Assembly: GCA_012103455.1 (NCBI GenBank)
Contig: WLWT01000001.1
Location: 2,795,288-2,859,287 of the forward strand
Length of the DNA: 64,000 nt
Origin: Gammaproteobacteria bacterium
GTDB lineage: Bacteria; Pseudomonadota; Gammaproteobacteria; HK1
Reading direction: 5' to 3'
Shown here one piece after another: positions 16,412 to 26,727 of the stretch. A model generated the notes under the pieces. It had not been told where the DNA came from. It was given only the letters and a program-made list of their open reading frames with translations, and searched no databases. The position numbers and the translations under genes are program-made. How positions within the stretch are numbered: the first letter of the stretch is position 1; the number at the start of each line of letters is the position of its first letter.

Positions 16412-19400
16412 GTGTTGGGTGCATTAAAGGGACTACGCTGGTACTGGCGGGGAACGGTACTGGTTGCGTTAGCGCTGTTGGCCTTTTCGCTGAGTTCATG
16501 GGCGGCAACGCAGACGCAACTCGATGCGGCTAGGGCGGCGGCGCTCGCTTGGTTGATTGAGCGCCAGCAAGGCGACGGTAGCTGGCGGGGACGGCCCGGC
16601 AACGACATTCAGGTATCTGCCAACAGCTTGCTCGCGATGGAACGGGCCGGCGTCAACGGTTATGTGCATTCACGCGGGCTTAGCTGGCTCACCAATGCTG
16701 AACCGCGAAGCATTGATGCGTTGGCGCAGCAGGCGATCGTGCTGCAAGGGGCGGGTCTACAGACGCAGCCTCTGTTCGAGGCGCTGATCGCGAGGCGCAA
16801 CCGGCTGAGTGCGTGGGGTGCGTACAGTCAGTTTTCGACCAGCTTCCCGGATACACCGCTGGCCATGCGCGCCCTGCGCTCCGATGCGGCGACGTATCAG
16901 GCGGAAAGATCCAAGCTGTTGATCGGGCTTTGCGAGATCTTGCGTTCGCAGAAAACCGCCTCTGATGCGGGGAGTTGGTCCTATCTCGCCGCCGATGATC
17001 CAGCGTTGGTGTCAACCGGCAAGAGTGCCGTGATTCCCACCGCGCAGAACGTTGTGGAACTGCACGCCTTCATTGCACTGGGATACTCCGCTAGGACCTG
17101 TAATGGCTACAACTTCAATCTGGCTACCGCTGTAGATGCGGGCGTTGATTGGTTGATCGGGCTCGTTGACGGCGATGGTGGGATCGGTGTGGATGGGAGT
17201 ACGGTGCTGGAGACGAGCGCTGCGTTCCTCGTCATCGATACGGTTCGTTCGGGTGCGCCTTCTCTGGCCGTGTTGCAGGACTATTTGGTCAATACACAGG
17301 CGGCGGATGGCGCCTGGGAACAAGATGCGCTCGTGACTGCGTTGGCGGCCCGAACATTCGCCGCGACCCAACTGGCCGATACCGATGGCGATGGCCTGCC
17401 CGATGTTGTCGAAGCCAGGCTGGGTACCGATCCGGGGCTCGCCGATGCCAGAGCGCTGGTCAAGGGTAACGGTGCCAGCGAACTCGGGATTACCGCACCA
17501 CACGTGTTCTCGGCCCGGCTCGGCCAGCCGTTCTCCGCTGATCTGATGATCACCGGGGGCGTTGCTCCTTATTCTTGGCGGGTAACGGGTTTTCTGCCGG
17601 ACGGGATCGCGTCGGTGGGTAGTACGACGGCTACCAACACGCTGGCGGGTACGCCCACGGTGACCGGAACGTTTAACTTTGGTTATGGGGTGACGGATGC
17701 CAACGGTACGGTACTCACCGGCAATGGACAGCTCCGAGTCAATATCCCACCGGTGTTGGCGGCCCCGGCGGACCCAGTGTCAAGTGAAGGCGCAGCCGTC
17801 TCGCTAACCGTCGCCGCCTCCGATGAGGATGGCGATTCATTGAGTTACAGTGCGAGTGGACTGCCACCAGGGCTGAGCATCAACGCGGCGACTGGCGAGA
17901 TTGTGGGCAACCTGGATTATGTCTCGACCGGTGTCTACGCAGGCGCGACGGTCACAGTCAGCGATGGGTCGGACGCGGTAAGCCAGCAGTTCACTTGGAC
18001 GGTCAACGATGTGGACCGCGAGCCGGTGATCGATACAGCACCGGCTTCGCTGACCAGTGACGAAGGTGCCGCCATCGCGCTGGGCGCGACAGCCAGCGAC
18101 CCGGATGGTTTGGCGGTCGGCTTCAGCTACACCAACCTGCCCCCAGGTGTTACCTACTCCAGTGCAACCGGCGACATCACTGGTACGCCTACTTATGAGG
18201 CCGCGGGTACTTATTCGATTACGTTGACCGTAAGCGACGGCTTTTTGCAGGCCACTCACGGTTTTGTATGGACGGTGAACGACACAAACCGCGCGCCGCT
18301 GCTCGATGACCTTGGCGTGATCTTCGTGAACGAAGGCAACCAGACGGAGCTTACCCTCGCTTTCAGCGATCCCGACAATCATAACTTGAACGTGACGGTG
18401 AACTCGGTGGCCACGTTCGTGACGGCGACGCCCAACCCCGACGGCACGATCACGCTGACGATTGCGCCCGGAAGCGATGATGCTCAGAGCGCTAGTTATC
18501 CGGTTATCGTCAGCGTCACCGATACGCATGCGGCGCCATTGACGACCAGCAAGACGCTGCAGATCGGTGTTATCGAGGATTCAGGGGCGACTCATGTCGT
18601 GCAATTGTCCTCCGGCTACGGCGATTTCAAGCTTGAGTTGTACGGAGCGGTTGCGCCACGAGCGGTCAGTGCGTTTCTGACTTTGGTGTCCACGGGTGAA
18701 CTGGAGGGGTCACTCGTCGATCACATTGGATTTCCAACCCAACGGCCGATTTTGCAGAGCGGTGGCTTGCGTTTAGAAGGGAGCCAATGGGAGCGGGTCA
18801 ACGAGGGTGGGGCGCTTGCGAGCGAGCCGGGTATCGCACATGAGTATGGAACGGTTGCGCTCACGTCGGCGACAGGGCTTTGGCCGAATTTCTCGCGGAG
18901 CCAATGGTTTATCAATCCGGCGGATAATTCTTCGGCGCTGAGTTCAGCTACGCAGACGGTATTCGGGCGAGTGGTGGACGGCTGGCCTGTCATATCAGCC
19001 ATCGCCAATACGCCTGTATACAACGCGAGCGCTATTGATTTCGCTGGGATTGGCCGGGCCGAGGAATCGACTCTAACGCAACTGCCCTTGGTGAACGCTT
19101 CGATTCCGATATTACTGGGCGGTGTTGTTGAACTATCGGCTTACGCCAGACCCTGCACGTTAATCGGGATCGCGGGCGAGCCGTTCCAATCGGAGTTCCC
19201 GCTACCGGTGGGGTTGACGGCGCCCTATACCTATGCGATCAGTTCGGGTGCTTTGCCACCGGGTGTGACACTTGATCCCGTCACTGGAATTATTGCTGGC
19301 GCGACCAACGCCGGTGGGCGTTATCCATTTAGTTACACGATGACGGACGCGCTGTCGGCTCAGGCGAGCGCTCACTGTACGTTTATCGTGAACTCACCCC

Positions 19401-22400
19401 CTGTTGTGCAGATGATTGCTGATCAGAGCAACGAGGAGGGGGAATCGGTCTCGGTGCCGGTGCTGGCGACGGATGCCGATCCAGGCGATATTTTGACCTA
19501 CGGTCTGGCGAGCGGTCACCTGCTACCACAAGGCGTGAACATCGATCCGGTCACGGGTGTCATGTCCGGGGTGATCGCGGCGGCCAGCGCGGGCTCCTAC
19601 ACGCCGGTGGTGACGGTTTCCGATGGCATTTTCACCCTGTCCGAGACATTTGGCTGGTTGGTGGATGCCGCCGATGGCTTGGTGGTGACGGATATCGCCG
19701 ATGTAACCATGGACGAAGGCGATTCGGTTGACGTTGCCGTCACTGCAAGTGGCGTCGCTGTGTCGCTTTGCATCGTACCGGGCAGTCCATTGCCGCCGTT
19801 CGTCACCTTGGCCGACAACGGTGATGGTACGGGGAGTATCCATATCGCGCCTACTCATGCGGATGCGGGTTCGTATACCGTTGCCGTCACGGTTGGCGCT
19901 TCGCAATCATTGTGTACCAGGCCGCCGGAGGCGCAGCTATTTGCCCCGGTGAGGAAGACGTTTACGGTGGACGTGGCAGATGTTAATCAGCCACCCGCGG
20001 TCATGTTGCCTGGCGCCCAGTCCCATCGCGCGGGGGCGACGGTCAATCTTCCTATCCCGGCCTCCGATCCGGAAGGCGGGACGTTGCGATTCGCTGCGGT
20101 TGATTTGCCAGCCGGGCTGACCATAGACGCCGCCAGCGGCACCATCAGTGGCGCCATCGCGCTGGACGCGCGGGGCGACTACAGCGTAGCCCTCTCAATT
20201 TTGGATGTGCTCGACAACCGGGTTCATGGCTACACGCTGCAATGGACGGTTACCGCCAACAACATCGCGCCGACGGCCATCGACGATGCGGTGAGTACCG
20301 ATGAGGATGTCGCCCTCACGTTTGACGTGCGCGTCAACGATACCGATGCGAACGGTGATGTGTTGGCAATCGATAGCCATACGGCCGTGGCGAACGGTAC
20401 TCTTGTTCTCAATGCCGACGGCACATTCAGCTACACGCCCAATGCGCAGTTCAGCGGCTCGGAGTCCTTTGATTATGTGATCACCGATGGCGCCAGCTCT
20501 GACACCGGGACGGTGACCATCACTGTGGAGGCGGTGAATGATCCACCGTCGGTCACGAATCCGGTGCTTGTGAGCAGTGCCGAGAACGATACCGTCAACT
20601 TGACGCTGGTGGCGAGTGACGAAGAAGGACAGGCCCTCACGTACTCAGCATCGGGTCTACCGGGCGGACTTTCCATGAACGCGGACACTGGTGCTGTGAC
20701 CGGCGTGTTGGGCTACACGACGGCCGGTAGTTATACCGTCGCAGCCAATGTGGCCGACGCGGGCGGCGCGTCTACCGAGGTGGTTTTCACTTGGGTGGTG
20801 CGCGACATCAACCAAGCACCCGTGGCGGCGGCCGACTCGGTTTCCACGCCGGAGGATACACCGGCAAGTATTGCGGTGCTTGCGAACGACGTTGAGCCCG
20901 ATGGACAGGCACTAGCTGTCACCGCGGTGACGCAACCGTCCGATGGGACGGCGATCATCAATGCGGACAACACCGTTACCTATACCCCCAACCAGAATTT
21001 CTTCGGCGCGGATACATTTCACTACACCGTGAGTGACGGCTTGCTCGGTATCAATGTAGCGGCTGTAAGCGTTACCGTTACGGCGCAAAACGATGCGCCG
21101 GTCGCGGTCGCTGATAGCGTGACCGTAGATGAGGGTACATGGGCCGTCGTTGATCTCGCCGCCAATGATATTGACGTCGAGAACGCGCTGGACCTTGCGA
21201 GTATCGCCATCACCGTTGGCGCTAACCACGGCACGCTGGTCAACGACGGCGACGGTACAGTGGGGTACCGACACGATGGTAGCGAAACCACGGGTGACAG
21301 TTTCACGTACACGATTGCAGATACTTCAGGTGCATCTTCGAACCCGGTCAGTGTGACCATCACCGTTACGCCGGTGAACGACGCGCCCATTGCGGCGGCT
21401 GATGCGGGAGCGGTGGCCGAAGGCGCCACGCAGAACATTGATATCGCGGGCAATGACACCGACGCGGAAAACGCGCTGGATCCGAACAGTGTGACAATTG
21501 TCAGCGCGCCCATGAATGGATCGGTTCGGATCTTCGCCGACGGTACGGTTGACTACACGCACGATAGTAGTGAAACCCTGGCTGATCGCTTTCAGTACAC
21601 CATCGCCGACACGAGCGGTACGCCTTCTAACGTGGCAAGTGTTGCCATCACGGTATCCGCAGTCAATGACGCCCCGGTTGCATCGGACGACAGCACGGTT
21701 GTCGCGGAAGGGGCAAGTCTTTCCATCGACGTAGTTGGTAACGATGCCGATGCCGATGATGGCCTGGACTTGACGAGCGTGGTGATAGTTGCAGGCGCCA
21801 CCAATGGCACACTCGTGGTCAATTCGAACGGCACGGTGGTTTATGAGCACGATGGCTCGGAAACGCTTTCAGATAGTTTCAGCTACACCGTTGCCGATGT
21901 CGGTGGGGCGGTATCCAACGTTGCTATCGTCGCTATCACTGTTGCTCCGACCAACGATAATCCCGTGGCTGTTGGAGAAACAGTCGCCGTTGACGAAGGC
22001 GGTGCGGTAACAATCAATGTGGTTGTAAACGATACCGACAGCGACGATGCTTTGAATCCGAGCAGTGTCTCAGTGGTGTCAGGTACGACTAATGGCGTAC
22101 TGATCAACCATGCCGATGGCACGCTGACCTATACCCATGATGGCAGTGAGACCACCGCCGATAGCTTCAGCTACACGATTGCTGATACTACCGGCGCGGT
22201 ATCCAACGCCGCCACGGTCACTATCTCCGTGACGCCGCAAAATGATGCGCCAGTGGCCACAGCTGACAGCCAGACAGTTGCCGAAGCCGGCGCAGTCGTT
22301 ATTGATGTGGCGGGCAACGATTCCGATCCGGACGATGGCATCGTTGCCTCGAGTGTGGTGGTGGTTGCTGGAGCGACCAACGGCAGCTTGACCAACAATC

Positions 22401-25400
22401 TCGATGGAACTGTCACGTATACCCATGACGGTAGCGAGACCACCTCGGACAGCTTTACGTACACCATCACCGATGGCAGTGGCGCCGTATCGAATGTGGC
22501 AACGGTCAGCATCGCTGTAACGCCGCACAACGATGCGCCCGTGGCCGTTGCCGATAGTGGTTTGGTGAATGAAGGTGCGGCGCAGACGATTAATCTCATC
22601 GCCAACGATACGGATGCGGATGACGGCATCGATCCGTCCAGTCTCGTGGTGGTGGTGGCACCTGCACACGGTTCGCTGAGCCTGCTGGGCGATGGCACGG
22701 TGAGTTACACTCACGACGGCAGTGAGACCACAACCGATAGCTTCAGCTACCGTGTGTCTGACTTCGCCGGCGCCCCGTCTAATACGGTGACGGCCAATAT
22801 CTCGATTACCCCCATTAACGATATACCGATTGCCGCTGCCGACACCGGCTCAGTGGTCGAAGGCTACAGCGTCATTCTCAACCTGGCGGCGAACGATACG
22901 GACGCGGACGATGGCATCGATCCGGCGAGCATTGTAGTGACGGCGCCGGTCAGCAACGGCTCGCTTATCGTCAATGGCGACGGTACGGTCAGCTATACCC
23001 ATAATGGCGGTGAAACCACGTCGGACGGCTTCAGCTACACCATCGCGGATGCCAGTGGCGCGTTGTCGAACGTGGCGGCCGTGACTATTACGGTGACGGC
23101 GCAAAATGATGCGCCGGTGGCTGCCGGTGACAGTGCGGTCCTCAATGAGGGTGCGAGCACAACCATCAACCTTGTTGCCAACGATACTGACGCCGATGAT
23201 GGTGTTGACCCATCCAGCATCGCCATCATCTCCGGTGTCGCGAACGGCAATGTGGTCATCAATGCCAATGGCACCGTTGACTATGCCCATGATGGGGGTG
23301 AAACGACCAGTGATAGCTTCACTTACACCATCAGTGATGTTGCGGGCGCCGTATCGAATGCGGCGCCGGTCAGCATCACGGTCACGCCGGTTAATGATGC
23401 ACCGGTGGCGGTGGCCGATGCGGCACGCACGGTAGGCGGGATCGAAGTCGTTGTGCCGGTGTTGGCCAACGACGTGGATGCAGATGGAGATCCGCTGCAA
23501 GTGAGCGCGGTGACACCGGCGTCACATGGAGTGATACGCCATGATGGCATGCGCATTCATTACACGCCGGAAGTTGATTTCGCAGGTGTCGAGCGGGTGG
23601 ACTATACGGTGGTTGATGGTCAAGGCGGGAGCCACGGCGCGGCGCTGACGATTACGGTTGAGGCGCCCGGAGTGACGGCGCCGCCGCGTCTGGTGGAGCC
23701 CCCTAATGAAACGGAGGTGGCGACACTGGCGCCACCACTGGTGGTCGCGCACGAGATTCATGATCCACGCCTGGAAGTGGGGTATGAATTCGAGCTCTAT
23801 GAGGATCCGCAGATGCAGGTGTTGGTGCGTCGCGCGACGGTGACGGCCGGCGCACAGACGCTTACGGCGTGGCCGGTATTCCCGCCGTTGGATGCGGATA
23901 ACCAGTGGTACGACTGGCGCGCACGTGGGTTTAACGCGGGTGGGCACAGTGTATGGGTATATGGTGATTTTTTTGTCAACACGGAAAATGACGCCCCGGG
24001 TCCTTTGCCATTGAGTGCGCCGGGGATCGGCGTGGAAGTCGATAGCCTAAGGCCGACCTTGGAGGTGGTTAACAGCGTGGATGTGGATCAGGGCACGGCA
24101 CCGCTGACCTATGTATTCGCAGTCTATGAAAACGACCCCGGCATCAGCCCGGAAGTCTGGCCATTGGTTGAGTCTTCGGCGCTGGCGGCGGGCGACGAAG
24201 GGGTTACGGCGTGGCGTGTTGAAGTGGCGTTGCGGGAGAACCGGGAATACCACTGGCAGGTGACGGTGAGTGACGAGCACGGTGCGCGAACGCGCAGCGA
24301 CGTGGGGCGCTTCTTTGTGAATACGGCGAACGAGGCGCCGCGGTCGCCGGCGGTGGCCGCACCACTGGTGGACGAGGAAGTGCCGACGCAGGCGGTGCGC
24401 TTGCAGGTGCACAATGCGGTGGATGCAGATCGCGACACGCTGCATTACACCTTTGAGCTGGATCGGGGCGAGACCTTTGACAGTGCATTCCAACAGCGCT
24501 CCGAACGGCTGCCCGCGGGTGTGGGGACGACGAGTTGGGACGTTGAGGGGTTAGCCGACAACACCTGGTATGTATGGCGAGTGAAAGCCGATGACGGCGT
24601 CGCGGAGAGTGGTTGGACCAATGGCCGGTTTTTCGTGAACACCCAAAACGACGCGCCCTCGATACCGACGGTGCGTAATCCGGGGAACGGAGCATGGGTT
24701 GGGACGCGCAGGCCGGCGTTGGCCGTTAACGCGAGTACGGACGAGGACGAAGATGCGCTGGACTATGAGTTCGAACTCTACGCCTACAGTCACCGCTCGC
24801 AGGAACTCGCCAGCGCTGTTGAGGTTGAGCCGAGGCGTGGATTGACCAGTCGGACGCCACGGATGTTGTTGGATGACCACCGCTGGTATGCGTGGCGAGC
24901 GCGAGCCGTGGATGAGCATGGAGCGGCGAGTGCGCCGATGGAATGGCAGTGGTTCTTTGTCAATGACAATGGAGTGGATGATGCGCCGGAGTTGGAATGG
25001 GTGCTGCCCTACACGGATATAGAGATACCGACGGAGGACGGCCAGGTTTGGCTGCGCTGGCAGGTTCGGCTGCGCTGGGAAGATAGCGATCCGGACAGCA
25101 ATGCGCGGGTGTCGTTGTATTACGAGCGCGCTGACGTAGATGGACCCGTCGGGACCTTGATTGCCGCGGATATAGAGGAAGACCTGGATGATTGGGGCGA
25201 TGAGTATCCGTGGGAGGTGTCGGGATTGTACCCGGGACATTATCGAGTGTATGCACATATACGCGATGCGCGCAATGAAGTGCGGGTGTATGCACCTGGT
25301 GTGGTCACAGTGATGGCCCTGGTGCTACCAGGGGACTTAAACGGAGATGGGATGACGGATCTCGCGGATTTATACTATATAGCGTCGAGTTATGAGGCCT

Positions 25401-25507
25401 GCACCGGGGCGCCGAATTTTGTTGCGCGAGCCGATTACGATGCGGACGGTTGTGTGACGTGGCGGGATTTTGAGGTTTGGTATTACGACTATTTCTTAAC
25501 CCGTTAA
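16412..25507 (+). CDS. giant secreted multidomain surface protein (3031 codons): signal peptide, prenyltransferase/terpene-cyclase-like alpha-toroid repeats (QxxDGSW), Ig/cadherin-like domains, embedded degenerate cyclophilin-type domain, >12 tandem ~95-aa repeats, four FVNT..NDAP modules, C-terminal type-I dockerin-like pair
   Basis: Single uninterrupted ORF. The motifs are listed in the findings. Confidence 0.85.
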   Translation: MLGALKGLRWYWRGTVLVALALLAFSLSSWAATQTQLDAARAAALAWLIERQQGDGSWRGRPGNDIQVSANSLLAMERAGVNGYVHSRGLSWLTNAEPRSIDALAQQAIVLQGAGLQTQPLFEALIARRNRLSAWGAYSQFSTSFPDTPLAMRALRSDAATYQAERSKLLIGLCEILRSQKTASDAGSWSYLAADDPALVSTGKSAVIPTAQNVVELHAFIALGYSARTCNGYNFNLATAVDAGVDWLIGLVDGDGGIGVDGSTVLETSAAFLVIDTVRSGAPSLAVLQDYLVNTQAADGAWEQDALVTALAARTFAATQLADTDGDGLPDVVEARLGTDPGLADARALVKGNGASELGITAPHVFSARLGQPFSADLMITGGVAPYSWRVTGFLPDGIASVGSTTATNTLAGTPTVTGTFNFGYGVTDANGTVLTGNGQLRVNIPPVLAAPADPVSSEGAAVSLTVAASDEDGDSLSYSASGLPPGLSINAATGEIVGNLDYVSTGVYAGATVTVSDGSDAVSQQFTWTVNDVDREPVIDTAPASLTSDEGAAIALGATASDPDGLAVGFSYTNLPPGVTYSSATGDITGTPTYEAAGTYSITLTVSDGFLQATHGFVWTVNDTNRAPLLDDLGVIFVNEGNQTELTLAFSDPDNHNLNVTVNSVATFVTATPNPDGTITLTIAPGSDDAQSASYPVIVSVTDTHAAPLTTSKTLQIGVIEDSGATHVVQLSSGYGDFKLELYGAVAPRAVSAFLTLVSTGELEGSLVDHIGFPTQRPILQSGGLRLEGSQWERVNEGGALASEPGIAHEYGTVALTSATGLWPNFSRSQWFINPADNSSALSSATQTVFGRVVDGWPVISAIANTPVYNASAIDFAGIGRAEESTLTQLPLVNASIPILLGGVVELSAYARPCTLIGIAGEPFQSEFPLPVGLTAPYTYAISSGALPPGVTLDPVTGIIAGATNAGGRYPFSYTMTDALSAQASAHCTFIVNSPPVVQMIADQSNEEGESVSVPVLATDADPGDILTYGLASGHLLPQGVNIDPVTGVMSGVIAAASAGSYTPVVTVSDGIFTLSETFGWLVDAADGLVVTDIADVTMDEGDSVDVAVTASGVAVSLCIVPGSPLPPFVTLADNGDGTGSIHIAPTHADAGSYTVAVTVGASQSLCTRPPEAQLFAPVRKTFTVDVADVNQPPAVMLPGAQSHRAGATVNLPIPASDPEGGTLRFAAVDLPAGLTIDAASGTISGAIALDARGDYSVALSILDVLDNRVHGYTLQWTVTANNIAPTAIDDAVSTDEDVALTFDVRVNDTDANGDVLAIDSHTAVANGTLVLNADGTFSYTPNAQFSGSESFDYVITDGASSDTGTVTITVEAVNDPPSVTNPVLVSSAENDTVNLTLVASDEEGQALTYSASGLPGGLSMNADTGAVTGVLGYTTAGSYTVAANVADAGGASTEVVFTWVVRDINQAPVAAADSVSTPEDTPASIAVLANDVEPDGQALAVTAVTQPSDGTAIINADNTVTYTPNQNFFGADTFHYTVSDGLLGINVAAVSVTVTAQNDAPVAVADSVTVDEGTWAVVDLAANDIDVENALDLASIAITVGANHGTLVNDGDGTVGYRHDGSETTGDSFTYTIADTSGASSNPVSVTITVTPVNDAPIAAADAGAVAEGATQNIDIAGNDTDAENALDPNSVTIVSAPMNGSVRIFADGTVDYTHDSSETLADRFQYTIADTSGTPSNVASVAITVSAVNDAPVASDDSTVVAEGASLSIDVVGNDADADDGLDLTSVVIVAGATNGTLVVNSNGTVVYEHDGSETLSDSFSYTVADVGGAVSNVAIVAITVAPTNDNPVAVGETVAVDEGGAVTINVVVNDTDSDDALNPSSVSVVSGTTNGVLINHADGTLTYTHDGSETTADSFSYTIADTTGAVSNAATVTISVTPQNDAPVATADSQTVAEAGAVVIDVAGNDSDPDDGIVASSVVVVAGATNGSLTNNLDGTVTYTHDGSETTSDSFTYTITDGSGAVSNVATVSIAVTPHNDAPVAVADSGLVNEGAAQTINLIANDTDADDGIDPSSLVVVVAPAHGSLSLLGDGTVSYTHDGSETTTDSFSYRVSDFAGAPSNTVTANISITPINDIPIAAADTGSVVEGYSVILNLAANDTDADDGIDPASIVVTAPVSNGSLIVNGDGTVSYTHNGGETTSDGFSYTIADASGALSNVAAVTITVTAQNDAPVAAGDSAVLNEGASTTINLVANDTDADDGVDPSSIAIISGVANGNVVINANGTVDYAHDGGETTSDSFTYTISDVAGAVSNAAPVSITVTPVNDAPVAVADAARTVGGIEVVVPVLANDVDADGDPLQVSAVTPASHGVIRHDGMRIHYTPEVDFAGVERVDYTVVDGQGGSHGAALTITVEAPGVTAPPRLVEPPNETEVATLAPPLVVAHEIHDPRLEVGYEFELYEDPQMQVLVRRATVTAGAQTLTAWPVFPPLDADNQWYDWRARGFNAGGHSVWVYGDFFVNTENDAPGPLPLSAPGIGVEVDSLRPTLEVVNSVDVDQGTAPLTYVFAVYENDPGISPEVWPLVESSALAAGDEGVTAWRVEVALRENREYHWQVTVSDEHGARTRSDVGRFFVNTANEAPRSPAVAAPLVDEEVPTQAVRLQVHNAVDADRDTLHYTFELDRGETFDSAFQQRSERLPAGVGTTSWDVEGLADNTWYVWRVKADDGVAESGWTNGRFFVNTQNDAPSIPTVRNPGNGAWVGTRRPALAVNASTDEDEDALDYEFELYAYSHRSQELASAVEVEPRRGLTSRTPRMLLDDHRWYAWRARAVDEHGAASAPMEWQWFFVNDNGVDDAPELEWVLPYTDIEIPTEDGQVWLRWQVRLRWEDSDPDSNARVSLYYERADVDGPVGTLIAADIEEDLDDWGDEYPWEVSGLYPGHYRVYAHIRDARNEVRVYAPGVVTVMALVLPGDLNGDGMTDLADLYYIASSYEACTGAPNFVARADYDADGCVTWRDFEVWYYDYFLTR

Positions 25508-26367
25508 GCGGATGTGGGTATGAAGGCGGGGTGCAAGATGACAGACACAGCAACGAACTCGGTTCGCATTGATTTCGATACGCGCCAACCCACGATGCGA
25601 CGGGCAAACCCATCGATAACGAAGGCGACGTAGACGAACCCTGAGCGGGTTGCGACACAGGTGAAATCGGACCCCCACCACTCGTTTGGACGGCTCGCAC
25701 TGAAGTCCCGGTGGCCGTGGTCTTCGCGGTGGGGGTCCTCCGCCGGGGTTGGGGTGGGTACGCGGGCCCCACGTCTCCCCCCAGTAGTCCCAAGAAACGC
25801 ACGCGCCACGCGGTGGCCTTCACGTTTGAGTGGATGGCATACCTTGCCAACGCCGTAGACCGCATGGTTGTGTGTCCACACCCGCTGCACTTCGGTGGCT
25901 AGCCGTGCGCCGCGTTGAGTCCGCTGTAGAAATGCCTTGGCCTTGAGGGTCGCCCTCACGGGCTTTGTGTTCGTAGTACGTCGATGGGGCAATGGAGCCA
26001 AGTGTTTGCCCATGGGCTCGACCCGGTCAGTACTCCGGTATTGGCCGATAAACGACACTCACGCTTCAGTGGGTGGTCGAGTGCCGCCTGGGCGAAAAAA
26101 GCCGGCGCCTTGGGTAGAATGTCATTGGCCTTGCGTCGCTCTAGATGCTCCCGTTCAAGTGCCTTGAGTCGGCGTTTGTATTGGTCCTCGGCACGCGGTG
26201 CCCGCAACACCCAAGCGCGCGGTGTTTCTGCTGAGCACCCTAATCTTGTCCGCTATCGAACCGATTGTCGTCCACTGAGAGGCATCGTCATCACGATGTG
26301 CCGCAACCCTGCGCACCGCACGCTCTCGAACTTCGGACGACTAGCATTTTTGTTGGGGTTTGTTCAT
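25504..26367 (-). pseudogene. IS3-family element remnant (degenerate orfA C-terminus plus truncated orfB)
   Basis: orfB motif RPNEWWGSDFTCVATRSGFVYVAFVIDGFARRIVGWRVS and orfA tail LEREHLERRKANDILPKAPAFFAQAALDHPLK. IS3-like terminus TGAACAAACCCC at ~26343-26367. Heavily mutated and 3'-truncated at the adhesin stop. Confidence 0.6.
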
Positions 26368-26379
26368 TGCTCCGTACTC

Positions 26380-26702
26380 TCAAGATTTGGAGCCTGCGGG
26401 AATACCGGGGAACAAATTGAATTGTTGAAAGACCATGCCCACTTCCTGGCGAATACGGGTGGCATCGTCCAGATTGCCCGAGATTTCGGTACCGTTCACC
26501 CGGATGAAGCCGTCATCGTGTTCCTCCAGGCAGTTGATACAGCGATCATCGTGGACTTGCCCGATCCTGAGGGCCCGCACATCACCACTCGCTCCCCGTG
26601 CATCACTTGCAAGTTGACCCCTTTGAGCGCTTGAAACGTGCCAAAGTATTTGGAGACGTTTTTGAGTTCGATGATCGGCTCTTCGCTCATGGAAATACTC
26701 AT
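26380..26702 (-). pseudogene. amino-acid ABC transporter ATP-binding protein (GlnQ/HisP-like), frameshifted after Walker A and truncated by the IS3 remnant
   Basis: MSISMSEEPIIELKNVSKYFGTFQALKGVNLQVMHGERVVMCGPSGSGKSTMI then a shift to ...RCINCLEEHDDGFIRVNGTEISGNLDDATRIRQEVGMVFQQFNLFP. The homology ends at ~26412. Confidence 0.6.
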
Positions 26703-26727
26703 GCAGGAGATGTAAGAGGTGTGCCAA

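Noticed and set aside
20900-23600. Many 60-230-codon ORFs on the minus strand inside the giant gene (e.g. 21022..21513, 22079..22714, 22850..23500) and a run of ~290-bp DNA periodicity
   Set aside because: They lie antisense to a continuous 3031-codon ORF. The periodic DNA is the coding tandem ~95-aa repeat array, not CRISPR or independent genes. The translated products are low-complexity.
25984-26634. 216-codon plus-strand ORF spanning the IS3 remnant and the ABC ATPase relic
   Set aside because: Runs antisense through two independently recognisable pseudogenes. No motif.
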